Source: Dehalococcoidia bacterium
GTDB taxonomy: Bacteria; Chloroflexota; Dehalococcoidia; Lucifugimonadales; CAUZJF01
Reading direction: 5' to 3'
NCBI GenBank assembly: GCA_965197985.1
Contig: CBDAOG010000008.1
Location: 212,069-276,068, forward strand
Length of the DNA: 64,000 nucleotides
Part shown: positions 56,102-64,000 of the stretch, one piece after another
Layout: each line of letters opens with the position of its first letter
Position numbering within the stretch: position 1 is the first letter of the stretch
Position numbers and translations under genes: made by a program
Notes under the pieces: model-generated
The model's database searches: none
What the model was told of the DNA's origin: nothing
What the model saw: the letters and a program-made list of their open reading frames with translations, nothing else

Positions 56102-56626
56102 TTACCCATGATTCTGATTGTCCTCCGCTTCGGATTCCGCTTCAAAACGTGTGTTTAATTCTGAGGTTATGCCGTCTATCGCATCGTCTACTAGGCGCTC
56201 GACCTGGCCCGGGTCAAGGTCGAACTCGAGTAGCAGGCGACGGACGAAAGCTCCTTGTAGGTGCATGCGCCATAGGCCATATTGCCCGTGAAGCGCCGCT
56301 AAGAAATCGTCCTTCGCTACATGATTCACACACTTGTTCGCGCGAATCTCGGCGCTCGCGGCCTTGAAGACGTGGGCCGCAGCCGACACGCTACCGTTAC
56401 GCGCCTTGTCGACCAGGACGTCGAGCCCCACCGATTGCGCTGTCTCTAGGTCAACATGGCCGTTGCCGTCCGGCGCAGGCGTAGACGGGACGGGCTCAAG
56501 GCCCCGGCAATGACGCCACACCGTTTGCCGGGTAACGCCTACTTCCGAACATATGTCGTTGACCGAGAGGCCCGCCCGCCTCAGCTCCCGTATCCGTTCC
56601 GGTCGGTCCATTTTCTTCTCAATCAT
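56102..56626 (-). CDS. HTH-domain protein, phage/mobile-element type (possibly terminase small subunit-like)
   Basis: The N-terminal HTH RIRELRRAGLSVNDICSEVGVTRQTVWRHC is resolvase/Hin-type. The rest is unassigned. Confidence 0.5.
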   Translation of the reverse strand: MIEKKMDRPERIRELRRAGLSVNDICSEVGVTRQTVWRHCRGLEPVPSTPAPDGNGHVDLETAQSVGLDVLVDKARNGSVSAAAHVFKAASAEIRANKCVNHVAKDDFLAALHGQYGLWRMHLQGAFVRRLLLEFDLDPGQVERLVDDAIDGITSELNTRFEAESEAEDNQNHG

Positions 56627-56763
56627 AGTTACCGTTACTGGTATTTCCGATTAGGACTTAGTGAGAAAAGGTCGGAGGCTACGCCAACCCTCTTTTTTAT
56701 TCGCTAGCAAGAACCTAGATTCATGAATCCCACGTCATGTATCAGAACAATAGCCCTATGGAA

Positions 56764-57078
56764 TCAGACCTGTAGCTCTAGCTCCCGCAGCCGTTCCTCG
56801 TACTGCTTCACCACGTCTAACTTGGCGGCTGTTGTGGGAGCGGCTCGATGCTTTGCTCGCCAATACCTTCCGGTCTTCATCATTGCGGCTCGCGCTTGCG
56901 AACGCCACTCCTTGTGCCAAAGAAAGCGGCTTTCGGGCGGCTCGGAGTAGGCGAGCCGTAAATATCCCCTGACAGTCGCTCGGCTCCGCCCTGAGCGTCG
57001 GGCGATTGCCTCCGTCGATAGCCCGTATCCGAACATCCGCCGGACGCTTTGAGCGCCCGCCCGTGTTGCGGAGTCCAC
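56764..57078 (-). CDS. Small HTH-like hypothetical protein
   Basis: GLSTEAIARRSGRSRATVRGYLRLA is HTH-like. The ORF is compact and sits between phage-like genes. Confidence 0.4.
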   Translation of the reverse strand: MDSATRAGAQSVRRMFGYGLSTEAIARRSGRSRATVRGYLRLAYSEPPESRFLWHKEWRSQARAAMMKTGRYWRAKHRAAPTTAAKLDVVKQYEERLRELELQV

Positions 57079-57083
57079 TAACG

Positions 57084-58022
57084 CTAGAGGCCGGTCTCGG
57101 CCTTGGCCGCCGTTGCCGCCTTGTCGCGCGTCAATCCGTTCTCTAGGCCGGTATCGAACGCCTTGAAAAACTCCTCGAGCTTCGAGCGTTGACGCTCAGA
57201 GCCCTTCCCGGAGCGCAGGACCTCGCGAGCCGCCGCGAGACTCAGGCCGGTCAAATCAGACGTGCTGACGACGTTGTGAACCTTCCCGTTCGTTGTGCTC
57301 ATGGAAGCCTCCATATTCAAGACTCTAGCGCCGTAGAATCGCGGGCCTGTGACTAAGCTGCACTCGTATATTTCGGACTGTTTGACCTGCATATTGAAAT
57401 CGTCGTCGAAGTCGATTTCCCGGATTAAGAACGCCGGGGAGACGCCGAGCCGCGCCCCTGTTCGGAGCTCCGCTAACGTCTCCTTCCCGCGCGGTATATC
57501 CGCGATTTCCGCCTGACCAAAGATGGCCCATGCGCCCGTCCGGTCCTGGACGTGCTGAAGCGATAGCACGCGGCCTACAGGATCGTCGTCGTTGTGCTGG
57601 CGCAAGAGAGACATCGTCCCGAGCGCCAGTCGCCTCATGTTGTGCGCCTCGGGGGAGCAATGAAAGATCATGTCTCCGAATAGCCCGGGCATCGCTTCTT
57701 CGCTCGCTACAGCCAAGGTGATGCGGGCCAGCGGCTTCGTGTCCATGTCCGGCGCGAAAGTCTCGAAAGCCTGGAAAGCCTGATGCGTAGTAGTCCGGGG
57801 CTTCGGCGTAGTGGTCCGCTGGGCTTGAGCCTGTACGTCCCGCTTAGGTGTCAAAGCATTGATCGTGCGCTTGTGCGTCTCCGTAGCCACCCCAGGACCC
57901 CACACGTGAGCTTTCACGGGCTGGTCTTCCACGGGAAGTGCGGGAGCGGTCGAACGTTCCCCCTCGGGTAGCCGGAAGCGACGGGCCGGAATCGGAGTGG
58001 TGTTTATCCTAAATCGCGGCAT
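57084..58022 (-). CDS. HK97-family prohead protease-like protein with C-terminal extension
   Basis: FHCSPEAHNMRRLALGTMSLLRQHNDDDPVGRVLSL...GAWAIFGQAEIADIPRGKETLAELRTGARLGVSPAF fits the prohead protease (S78-type) layout. Start placed at ATG 58022; the track start 58241 looks too far upstream. Confidence 0.55.
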   Translation of the reverse strand: MPRFRINTTPIPARRFRLPEGERSTAPALPVEDQPVKAHVWGPGVATETHKRTINALTPKRDVQAQAQRTTTPKPRTTTHQAFQAFETFAPDMDTKPLARITLAVASEEAMPGLFGDMIFHCSPEAHNMRRLALGTMSLLRQHNDDDPVGRVLSLQHVQDRTGAWAIFGQAEIADIPRGKETLAELRTGARLGVSPAFLIREIDFDDDFNMQVKQSEIYECSLVTGPRFYGARVLNMEASMSTTNGKVHNVVSTSDLTGLSLAAAREVLRSGKGSERQRSKLEEFFKAFDTGLENGLTRDKAATAAKAETGL

Positions 58023-58340
58023 TGCCGTCACCTGCCCTCGTCCGATACTTCGGTTGCGGCAAGTCCATAGCCCCTCGGCTTTTGGGGCCGCTGGGTTGTT
58101 AGGTAGAACGAATACCCGCCCAGCGGCCCTTCCACTCACCGACGGAGATGCCCTTCGCAGGCGTCGGTGAAGCGTCTCGACAAAAGTTACCTCAATGGTA
58201 ACACGGCGCAGCGGGATAAAAAACGTATCGAAGCGATACATAAAGAGGATCGTAGCGATGGTATAGGGTATTGACGGGTATCGTCGCGATAGACTAGGAA
58301 GAAAACGGATGTTGTGCTATGGTGTGAAAAGGAGGGAAAA

Positions 58341-58532
58341 ATGGAACTGTTGACTGCGAAGGAACTAGGCAAGATGTTGAGGCTGACGACCCGAAGTATT
58401 TACCGGCTTCAAAAAGAGGGACGAATTCCAGCGTCCATCAAGATTGCACCTGGCACCGCACGGTGGGATTCCGCCGAAGTTTTGAAGTTTTTGCGGAACT
58501 CTCCCCGCTTCCAGGCGGAAATCGCCGACTAA
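58341..58532 (+). CDS. AlpA/excisionase-type HTH regulator
   Basis: AAGGAGGG lies 5 nt before ATG 58341. MELLTAKELGKMLRLTTRSIYRLQKEGRIPASIKIAPGTARWDSAEV. Confidence 0.75.
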   Translation: MELLTAKELGKMLRLTTRSIYRLQKEGRIPASIKIAPGTARWDSAEVLKFLRNSPRFQAEIAD

Positions 58533-58550
58533 CACGCCGAAGAAATAAAA

Positions 58551-58574
58551 GAGCCCCGGCGGACGCCGGGGCTC
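58551..58574. terminator. Perfect 10-bp GC-rich hairpin (GAGCCCCGGC ggac GCCGGGGCTC); the T-tract is on the minus-strand side only
   Basis: Read directly. It is flanked by aaataaaa and aaaagaaa, so the U-tract exists for minus-strand transcripts. It may also act as a stem-loop stop for the AlpA gene. Confidence 0.45.
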
Positions 58575-58605
58575 AAAAGAAACAAAGCGAAGGACAGGTT
58601 CGCTC

Positions 58606-59850
58606 TTGACCCAATTATATCAACCCGTCCTCGACAGCGTCAATACTCTATACGATGCAGGCGCACGCCTTTTCCGCCTCACCGACGAAAACCGGCCCGC
58701 CGAGAGCCGGGGCTTTTACGGCCGGCAACTGAGTCTCGATGATCTGCTCGAACATCTAGAGCGTGGGCACCTGTTAGGCCTTGAGCCCCAAAGCATCAAC
58801 ACCGTTGCCGTGGACATCGACCACGGCAACGGCGACCGCCTCCTTCACAACTTTCCCCCGCTATCTATGTACCGGAGCAAAACGCCTGGCAGGGTCCACG
58901 CCTACTATCGTCATGTGGGTGAGAAAGTCGGCCCTCAGCCCTTCAACGCGCCGGTGTTCAGAATCAGCGGGGATCTGAAGCACGAAAGGTCATATGTCGC
59001 GTTGTACGACGCCTCGCAGCTCGCGTTCGACCTTAGCCCAAATCCACCGAAAAGATGAATGTAGCGGCGTGCTGAAGGGGTAAGAAAGTGCTCCTGTGCT
59101 TCTGGGATAATGGTTTTGGAAACACGAAACCGACCCCAGACAAGGAGCACCCAAAAGATGCTACCACGCATCCACCCCGACCGCATGCAAATCGCCTTTG
59201 ATGACCACTGCGCGCCAGCCTCATCCCTATTCTATTGGAATCGGGCCTGGCCCGTTCGCCTTCCCTCACCCATCAGCCCTTGTGTCAACGCCAGGGCCCA
59301 TCGCTTCGGTGGATTCGGGCTTAGCAGGGGTTCGCTCGGCGTACCCTTCATTGAATTGGAGAAGGCCCTCGTGACCGGCCCGCTCGCTGCACAGGGCGGC
59401 CAGCGCGGGCCGTTGACGACGCCGGTAGGGTCGACCAACCCAGGCGATTCGACAGCCTCTCCGGGTAACCACCGACATAACTGGATTCTCGGAAAGCTCA
59501 CGGCGGCGCGCGTGGATGGAATGGACGGGAAGGAGCTACGTCGCTATGCCCACAAGCTCCACACCGGTCTAGTTCAGACTCCCGGACTGGTGCCGCATTT
59601 CTTTGAGTTGGCCGAAGCCCTTGCCATCGCGAACTTCGTTGCGGCTCGGAGCTACTCCGTGGCGCATCAACGAGCCGCCGGGGTATCCTCGGGACAAGCC
59701 CGCCGCGCCAAGTCCGCGCTCCGTGACAAGCGGATATTAGCCCTGCTAGACAAGGGCCACTCGATACGGCGAATAGCGGAAGAGATCGGAGTGTCCCGTC
59801 GTACAGTGGCAAGGGTAAAAGACCGCCAAGGGGCTAGAGCCCTAAGATAA
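58606..59850 (+). pseudogene. Prim-Pol/PriCT-like replication protein with C-terminal HTH, interrupted by a 274-bp IS1380-derived element
   Basis: AVDIDHGNG is a Prim-Pol-like acidic motif. GNHRHNWILGKL is PriCT-like. HTH GHSIRRIAEEIGVSRRTVARV. The reading frame is restored exactly (…QLAFDLSRGSLGVPF…) when 59047..59324 is removed. TTG start. Confidence 0.65.
59047..59320 (+). mobile_element. 274-bp internal-deletion derivative (MITE) of the IS1380-family element, TTAG duplication
   Basis: The 5' end is CCCAAATCCACCGAAAAG plus the first ~17 codons (MLPRIHPDRMQIAFDDH). The 3' end is CTTCGGTGGATTCGGGC. TTAG lies at 59043-46 and 59321-24. Confidence 0.85.
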
Positions 59851-59940
59851 GACAAGTCCGGTTCGCGCCCATGCAACATCCGTTCTAGTTCGACCAAAGC
59901 GGAGACGCCATAAGGAGATACGGGCTTGACAAACCTACCC

Positions 59941-60413
59941 ATGCCTCAAAGATGGACACGCGAACAGGACTTGGCAGTTTTGTATGTCAAGCTTGATTCC
60001 CTCGTAAAAACCCGTTTTGAGGAAGTTCCAGCGCTTTAGCACATGTGAGCGCTACCGTATGTTGGGGTAGGACACGGAACAGAGACTGTATATTGTACCC
60101 AGGCAAGGGTACGGTTGTTCTAATTCGACCTGCACAGACTTTTTACGAGAGAATCAAGCTTGAACACAAGGGGCGATTGACGTCAACACATCCGGCCATC
60201 GGAATGATCGCCAAAGCCATGAACCGCACTGAAGCGTCTATATGGATGCGAAAAGGCAACTTTGACTCCTTAGACCCCCATGCCGGCACCGGATTGAACC
60301 ATCCCGCGAAGCTAACTAAAGACATATGGGCAGAATACGAAGAAGCGCCAAAGCGCCTCTTTGCCGAAGCCCATAGAGCCTACTTATGCGTAGCGGGCAA
60401 GCCCCGCAGCTAA
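59941..60413 (+). pseudogene. Small hypothetical gene split by a MITE
   Basis: MPQRWTREQDLAVLYVKL | MITE | EHKGRLTSTHPAIGMIAKAMNRTEASIWMRKGNFDSLDPHAGTGLNHPAKLTKDIWAEYEE.... In frame after removing the MITE plus TSD. Confidence 0.55.
59995..60155 (+). mobile_element. 161-bp MITE, complete copy, TSD (C)AAGCTT
   Basis: AAGCTT lies at 59989-94 and 60156-61. Confidence 0.85.
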
Positions 60414-60647
60414 CATCCATAAAGCCCATAACTATTTATTCCGTAAGTATAAGGTGTTGACAAGCGGAGCCGGTAGGCCCACACTGCCGTCTGTAGCAGA
60501 TGGCCCGGCGATGCTTCTAACACCCCGGGCTGCGGCGCCACCTGAAGAGACAGGTGATGCAAGTAGCATTGTACTACTCGCAGACCCGCTCCCGACAGGA
60601 GGCGGGTCGCTTTAGTTTCAGGGAGCTAAGAGCAAAGGAGATCGATC

Positions 60648-61030
60648 ATGGAACAGCAGGCAAACGGCAAGGGGGCGGCAATCTACACACGGGTAAGCAG
60701 CGAAGCGCAGGCCTTAGAGGAGTCGGTATCGCTGGCCGAACAGGCCAGGGACTGTGAGGCGTACGCAGCCGAGCGCGGGTACACCATCATCCAACGCTAT
60801 CAGGACGTGGAGAGCGGAGTATCCCGAACCCGTCCAGGGTTCCAGCGCCTACAGGCCGACGCCAGGGCCGGGCAGTTCGACATCATCATCGCGTGGAAGG
60901 CTGACAGGCTGGCACGCTCCGGTTCCGCGATGGGCGACCTATTGGACGCCGTAGAACCCCGCAGAGTGTCCATAGAGACGGTCGTTGACTCCTTCGACAA
61001 GCGGTACGCCGAGCTAATGGCAAGTATCGC
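60648..61030 (+). pseudogene. Serine recombinase N-terminal (catalytic) fragment, ends at the IS630 insertion
   Basis: AAIYTRVSSEAQ is the catalytic block, followed by DIIIAWKADRLARS. The sequence beyond IS630 copy 2 does not continue a recombinase. Confidence 0.75.
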
Positions 61031-62118
61031 TAGTGTCCTGAGTTATGAATCCGATGACAAAATCGGGCGATGGTAGCTAGTAGCTGGTCTGCGGTTTTGG
61101 TCCAGATGAAGGGCTTTGAGGCAGCGTTGTGCTGGTCAATGTACTGTTCGATGGCTTGCTCCAGTTCCCGAGTGCTGCGGAACACCCCGCGGCGCAGTTG
61201 CTTCTCTGTCAGCACCGCGAACCAGCGCTCCACCTGGTTCAGCCAAGAGCTGCTGGTGGGGGTGAAGTGCAGGTGATAGCGCGGCCGCCGGGCCAGCCAG
61301 CGCTGGATGGCGGGGGTCTTGTGGGTGGCGTAGTTGTCCAGGATAAGGTGCACGTCGAGGTCCGGGGGTACGGTCGCATCGACCCGGTCGAGGAAGCGCC
61401 GGAACTCCGTGGACCGGTGCCGACGGTGGCAGGCGCCGATGACCTCTCCCGTCTTCACGTCGAGGGCGGCGAAGAGAGAGGTCGTACCATGACGACGGTA
61501 GTCATGGGTCCGGCGCTCGATCTGCCCCGGGCGCATGGGCAACAGCGGGGCCGTCCGGTCGAGGGCCTGGATCTGGGAATTCTCGTCGACACACAGGACC
61601 AGAGCCCGCTGGGGTGGGTTGAGGTAGAGCCCCACGATGTCACGGACCTTCTCGATGAACAGAGGGTCAGACGAAAGTTTGAACGTCTCGGTCCGATGCG
61701 GCTGCAAGGCAAAGGCCCGCCAGATACGGCTGATGGCGCTCTGACTCAGGCCGGTACGCGCAGCCATGGAGCGCGTGCTCCAGTGGGTTGCATCCGCCGG
61801 CGTCGTCTCCAGGGTGAGGGTCACGACCCGCTCCACATCGGTGTCCGTGATGGAGCGTGGGCCGCCGGGCCGCGGCTCGTCAAGCAGGCCGTCGAGGCGG
61901 CGTTCGATGAACCGGGCCCGCCACTTCCCCACCGTTTGCTTGGCCAGACCGATCTCCCCGGCCACGACGGTATTGGTCTTGCCCTCGGAGCAACGGAGAA
62001 TGATCCGGGATCGCAGAGCCAGCGCCTGGGCAGTGGTTGGACGCCGCTTCCAGCGCTCGAGGCTCTCGCGTTCGTCGGAGGAAAGGTGCAAGGGAGGAAT
62101 GGGGCGTCCGATGGCCAT
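61030..62118 (-). CDS. IS630-family DDE transposase (362 aa)
   Basis: Differs from the copy at 35007..36095 by 2 residues (DENSQ vs DEKSQ, VKTGE vs VKAGE). Confidence 0.9.
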   Translation of the reverse strand: MAIGRPIPPLHLSSDERESLERWKRRPTTAQALALRSRIILRCSEGKTNTVVAGEIGLAKQTVGKWRARFIERRLDGLLDEPRPGGPRSITDTDVERVVTLTLETTPADATHWSTRSMAARTGLSQSAISRIWRAFALQPHRTETFKLSSDPLFIEKVRDIVGLYLNPPQRALVLCVDENSQIQALDRTAPLLPMRPGQIERRTHDYRRHGTTSLFAALDVKTGEVIGACHRRHRSTEFRRFLDRVDATVPPDLDVHLILDNYATHKTPAIQRWLARRPRYHLHFTPTSSSWLNQVERWFAVLTEKQLRRGVFRSTRELEQAIEQYIDQHNAASKPFIWTKTADQLLATIARFCHRIHNSGH

Positions 62119-62194
62119 GGGTGACCTCCATGAGCGTTTCGTGGAGGGTACACCCCAGCAAGTATTTTTGCAATGCTTTCATAACTCAGGACAC
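61033..62194 (-). mobile_element. IS630-family element, copy 2, CTAG target with TA duplication
   Basis: Same TIRs as copy 1. TA lies at 61031-32 and 62195-96. Confidence 0.9.
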
Positions 62195-62196
62195 TA

Positions 62197-62522
62197 GGTG
62201 CTTGTACCACAATAATGGTTGGTTTCTGAGTGAAGGTCGCACTAGTCTCGGAGCCGTCCTCGTCCCTGCAATATACCCGAAGAATGGGCGATGCACCTTC
62301 TACGTTCTTTACCACAGAACTTGTCCGGCCAAGTCGCTGGTCTCGGGGCAACTTGTTGAACTCGGCAACATCTCGCTCGACGACTTGGAACAGTGTCTCA
62401 AAGATTACATTCATCCGGCATTTGGCCCGTTCAGCTACCCACTTCGGCGGTTGTTCATGGTCGAGCATGGGGTCAGTATAGCACATACGTCTCACTTGAG
62501 TCGAAGCCACCTGGCTAAGCTT
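62197..62522 (-). pseudogene. Hypothetical gene fragment between IS630 and a MITE
   Basis: Open minus-strand frame ...DPMLDHEQPPKWVAERAKCRMNVIFETLFQVVERDVAEFNKLPRDQRLGRTSSVVKNVEGASPILRVYCRDEDGSETSATFTQKPTIIVVQAP. Both ends are cut by mobile elements. No domain recognised. Confidence 0.35.
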
Positions 62523-62683
62523 GATTCCCTCGTAAAAACCCGTTTTGAGGAAGTTCCAGCGCTTTAGCACATGTGAGCGCTACCGTATGTTGGGGTAGGA
62601 CACGGAACAGAGACTGTATATTGTACCCAGGCAAGGGTACGGTTGTTCTAATTCGACCTGCACAGACTTTTTACGAGAGAATC
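62523..62683 (+). mobile_element. 161-bp MITE, complete copy, flanks AAGCTT / AAGATT
   Basis: Identical to the copy at 59995 over its full length as far as read. The flanking hexamers differ at one base. Confidence 0.85.
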
Positions 62684-62940
62684 AAGATTGTATATAATTC
62701 CCTTTCCTTTTGTGTCAGCAACTCCGTCTCGAACCTACCCATCTCGCTGGTGCTGGCCGCGTTCCTGTCAGGGCCTTTCCAGCCTACCACTACTCTCAGG
62801 GCTGGGTCTTGGGAAAGGCGGTCGGCATCATTGGTGTCGTCGTATCCAGCGAGGCGGCTGTAGACTGACTGTCTCAGCAGTGGGATTAGCTGATGCAGGA
62901 TGTTTTTGCCCGTTCGACTCTCTTTGAGGAATTCGTCGGC
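62684..62940 (-). pseudogene. N-terminal fragment of an IS4/IS1380-superfamily transposase
   Basis: NILHQLIPLLRQSVYSRLAGYDDTNDADRLSQDPALRVVVGWKGPDRNAASTSEMGRFE is a typical N-terminal block of this superfamily. Confidence 0.6.
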
Positions 62941-63180
62941 AGAGTCGGTCAGGCTGAACCCAACGCCAACAATGCCTTGGGAGACTTGCTCCGCAGCATG
63001 TTGCCTGGCTGCCAGGTGCGCTCCGAGAATACCCAGACCTTCCCCAACCACCCGGGCCGCCATGCCGACGTGCTGATTACCGCACCTGGCCGTTCCCCGG
63101 TGGTCGTCGAAGCGGAGTACGAACCGGCCCCCGAAGCGGAAAGGGACGCTTCCGACCGGCTGGGTCTCGCCGTCCATCCA
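62940..63180 (+). pseudogene. Paralogous fragment of the nuclease-like N-terminus seen in 45246..46460
   Basis: EPNANNALGDLLRSMLPGCQVRSENTQTFPNHPGRHADVLITAPGRSPVVVEAEYEPAPEAERDASDRLGL compared with PNANNALGDILRGMMPDCEVRSENTQTFIDHPGRHADVLIVAPGRSPVVVEAEYEPA. Confidence 0.65.
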
Positions 63181-63545
63181 GTAGGGAATGGTGGCCGTCG
63201 AGCGCAGTCTCGCCCGGTGTCTCGTCGTGTTGGTGAGAAGGTCAGGCTGAGGGCGATTCCAGGGGCTTGCCGCGCCAGACCAGCGGTTTGCCGGTCTCGG
63301 CGTCAAGAACCCCGTCAAGCCTGGGCGGATTATCTGGGTCGGCGCGCCCTGGCCAGCTCCGCCGATTCGCCGCCCGCTGCAGGTCCACTTGCCACGTGCC
63401 CATAACGTTCTGCGCGCGGTGCGGCTGCTGGATAGACGGACGCCGCCGCAAGCACACGACCAAACCGAACTACTGCGGCGTCCGATGCCGCGTCGCCGCC
63501 CACCGCGACAGTCGCCGACCATCTCCGCCGGCGCGGTGTCCGACC

Positions 63546-63794
63546 ATGCCGAGAATAGGGTTTTTGCTGATTGCTATCGTATTCGTAGCGGCCGCATGCG
63601 GCGGGCAGGAGGAAGCGGCGAGCTTCCCCCGCGGAAGGCCTGCGCCGGCCCCGGCGATGCCGACCGCGGCCGCGCCTCCGCTGCCCGCGCCTGCGGCAAA
63701 GGCTGCACCCGCGCCCAGGTTCGTCGAGAGGCTTGTCCAATCCGAAGCGGTGAAAGCGGTGTCCGTCGAGACTGACCGCACATGTTTGTTATAA
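63546..63794 (+). CDS. Small Pro/Ala-rich lipoprotein (82 aa), hypothetical
   Basis: MPRIGFLLIAIVFVAAACGGQ is a signal peptide plus lipobox. Confidence 0.45.
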   Translation: MPRIGFLLIAIVFVAAACGGQEEAASFPRGRPAPAPAMPTAAAPPLPAPAAKAAPAPRFVERLVQSEAVKAVSVETDRTCLL

Positions 63795-63814
63795 TGGCTG
63801 TTGGAGGTGGTTAA

Positions 63815-64000
63815 TGTGCAATTGAACTACGCATTTCTATGTGAGCGCACAGAAACTAGAGGCTCTAAACTCAATGCCTACGGTGTAGGTGTGCAATACA
63901 TCCGTTTTGCCAAACTACCCCGTATTCAGCCTAAGATACAATTTGTCGCCAGCGTGCATGTCTTAAAGACAGAAATGGGCAGGAAAAGCGTTGAGCTAAG
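63815..64000 (+). CDS. Hypothetical protein, 5' part only (runs off the right edge)
   Basis: GGAGGTGG lies 5 nt before GTG 63815. VQLNYAFLCERTETRGSKLNAYGVGVQYIRFAKLPRIQPKIQFVASVHVLKTEMGRKSVEL. The frame is open to the window end, with an abrupt drop in GC. Confidence 0.45.

Overview
High-GC bacterial chromosomal window, heavily mosaic. No rRNA, tRNA or CRISPR array was found; all calls rest on hand translation and motif reading, with no database searches.
(1) 1-8.8 kb looks core-like. It holds a giant secreted FN3/cadherin-type surface protein on the minus strand. This gene is missing from the ORF track because it has no stop codon in the window. A G19 homopolymer sits in the divergent intergenic region. 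Next comes an 802-aa cytoplasmic GAF-PAS-histidine kinase fused to a complete OmpR-type response regulator.
(2) 8.8-26.1 kb is a visibly lower-GC defence island that starts inside a truncated SDR-type gene. It carries:
- an IS3 remnant;
- a convergent nuclease plus two-module DNA methyltransferase pair (candidate R-M system) with a palindrome over the methylase start codon;
- a lipoprotein DUF1524/Excalibur nuclease;
- a CBASS operon (TIR-SAVED effector, CD-NTase, E1/E2 Cap2, no Cap3);
- a divergent Crp/Fnr-like gene followed by a 1128-aa GHKL-ATPase/DUF3883-like nuclease, which is the best candidate for an undescribed system;
- an AbiEi/AbiEii pair.
(3) 26.5-38.2 kb is an insertion-sequence graveyard with nested and truncated IS1380-family copies, IS630 and IS256 fragments.
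(4) 38.3-40.9 kb holds an ABC exporter and truncated gene fragments.
(5) 41.1-54.4 kb consists of two near-identical 3.6-kb inverted arms. Each carries a large serine recombinase, small ORFs and variable repeats. They flank a 5.7-kb cassette of decayed defence genes (type IIG RM fragment, GmrSD-like pseudogene, vapBC).
(6) 55-60.4 kb is a phage- or integrative-element remnant.
(7) 60.6-64 kb holds more fragments.
A previously unnamed 161-bp MITE occurs 4.5 times and disrupts several genes.
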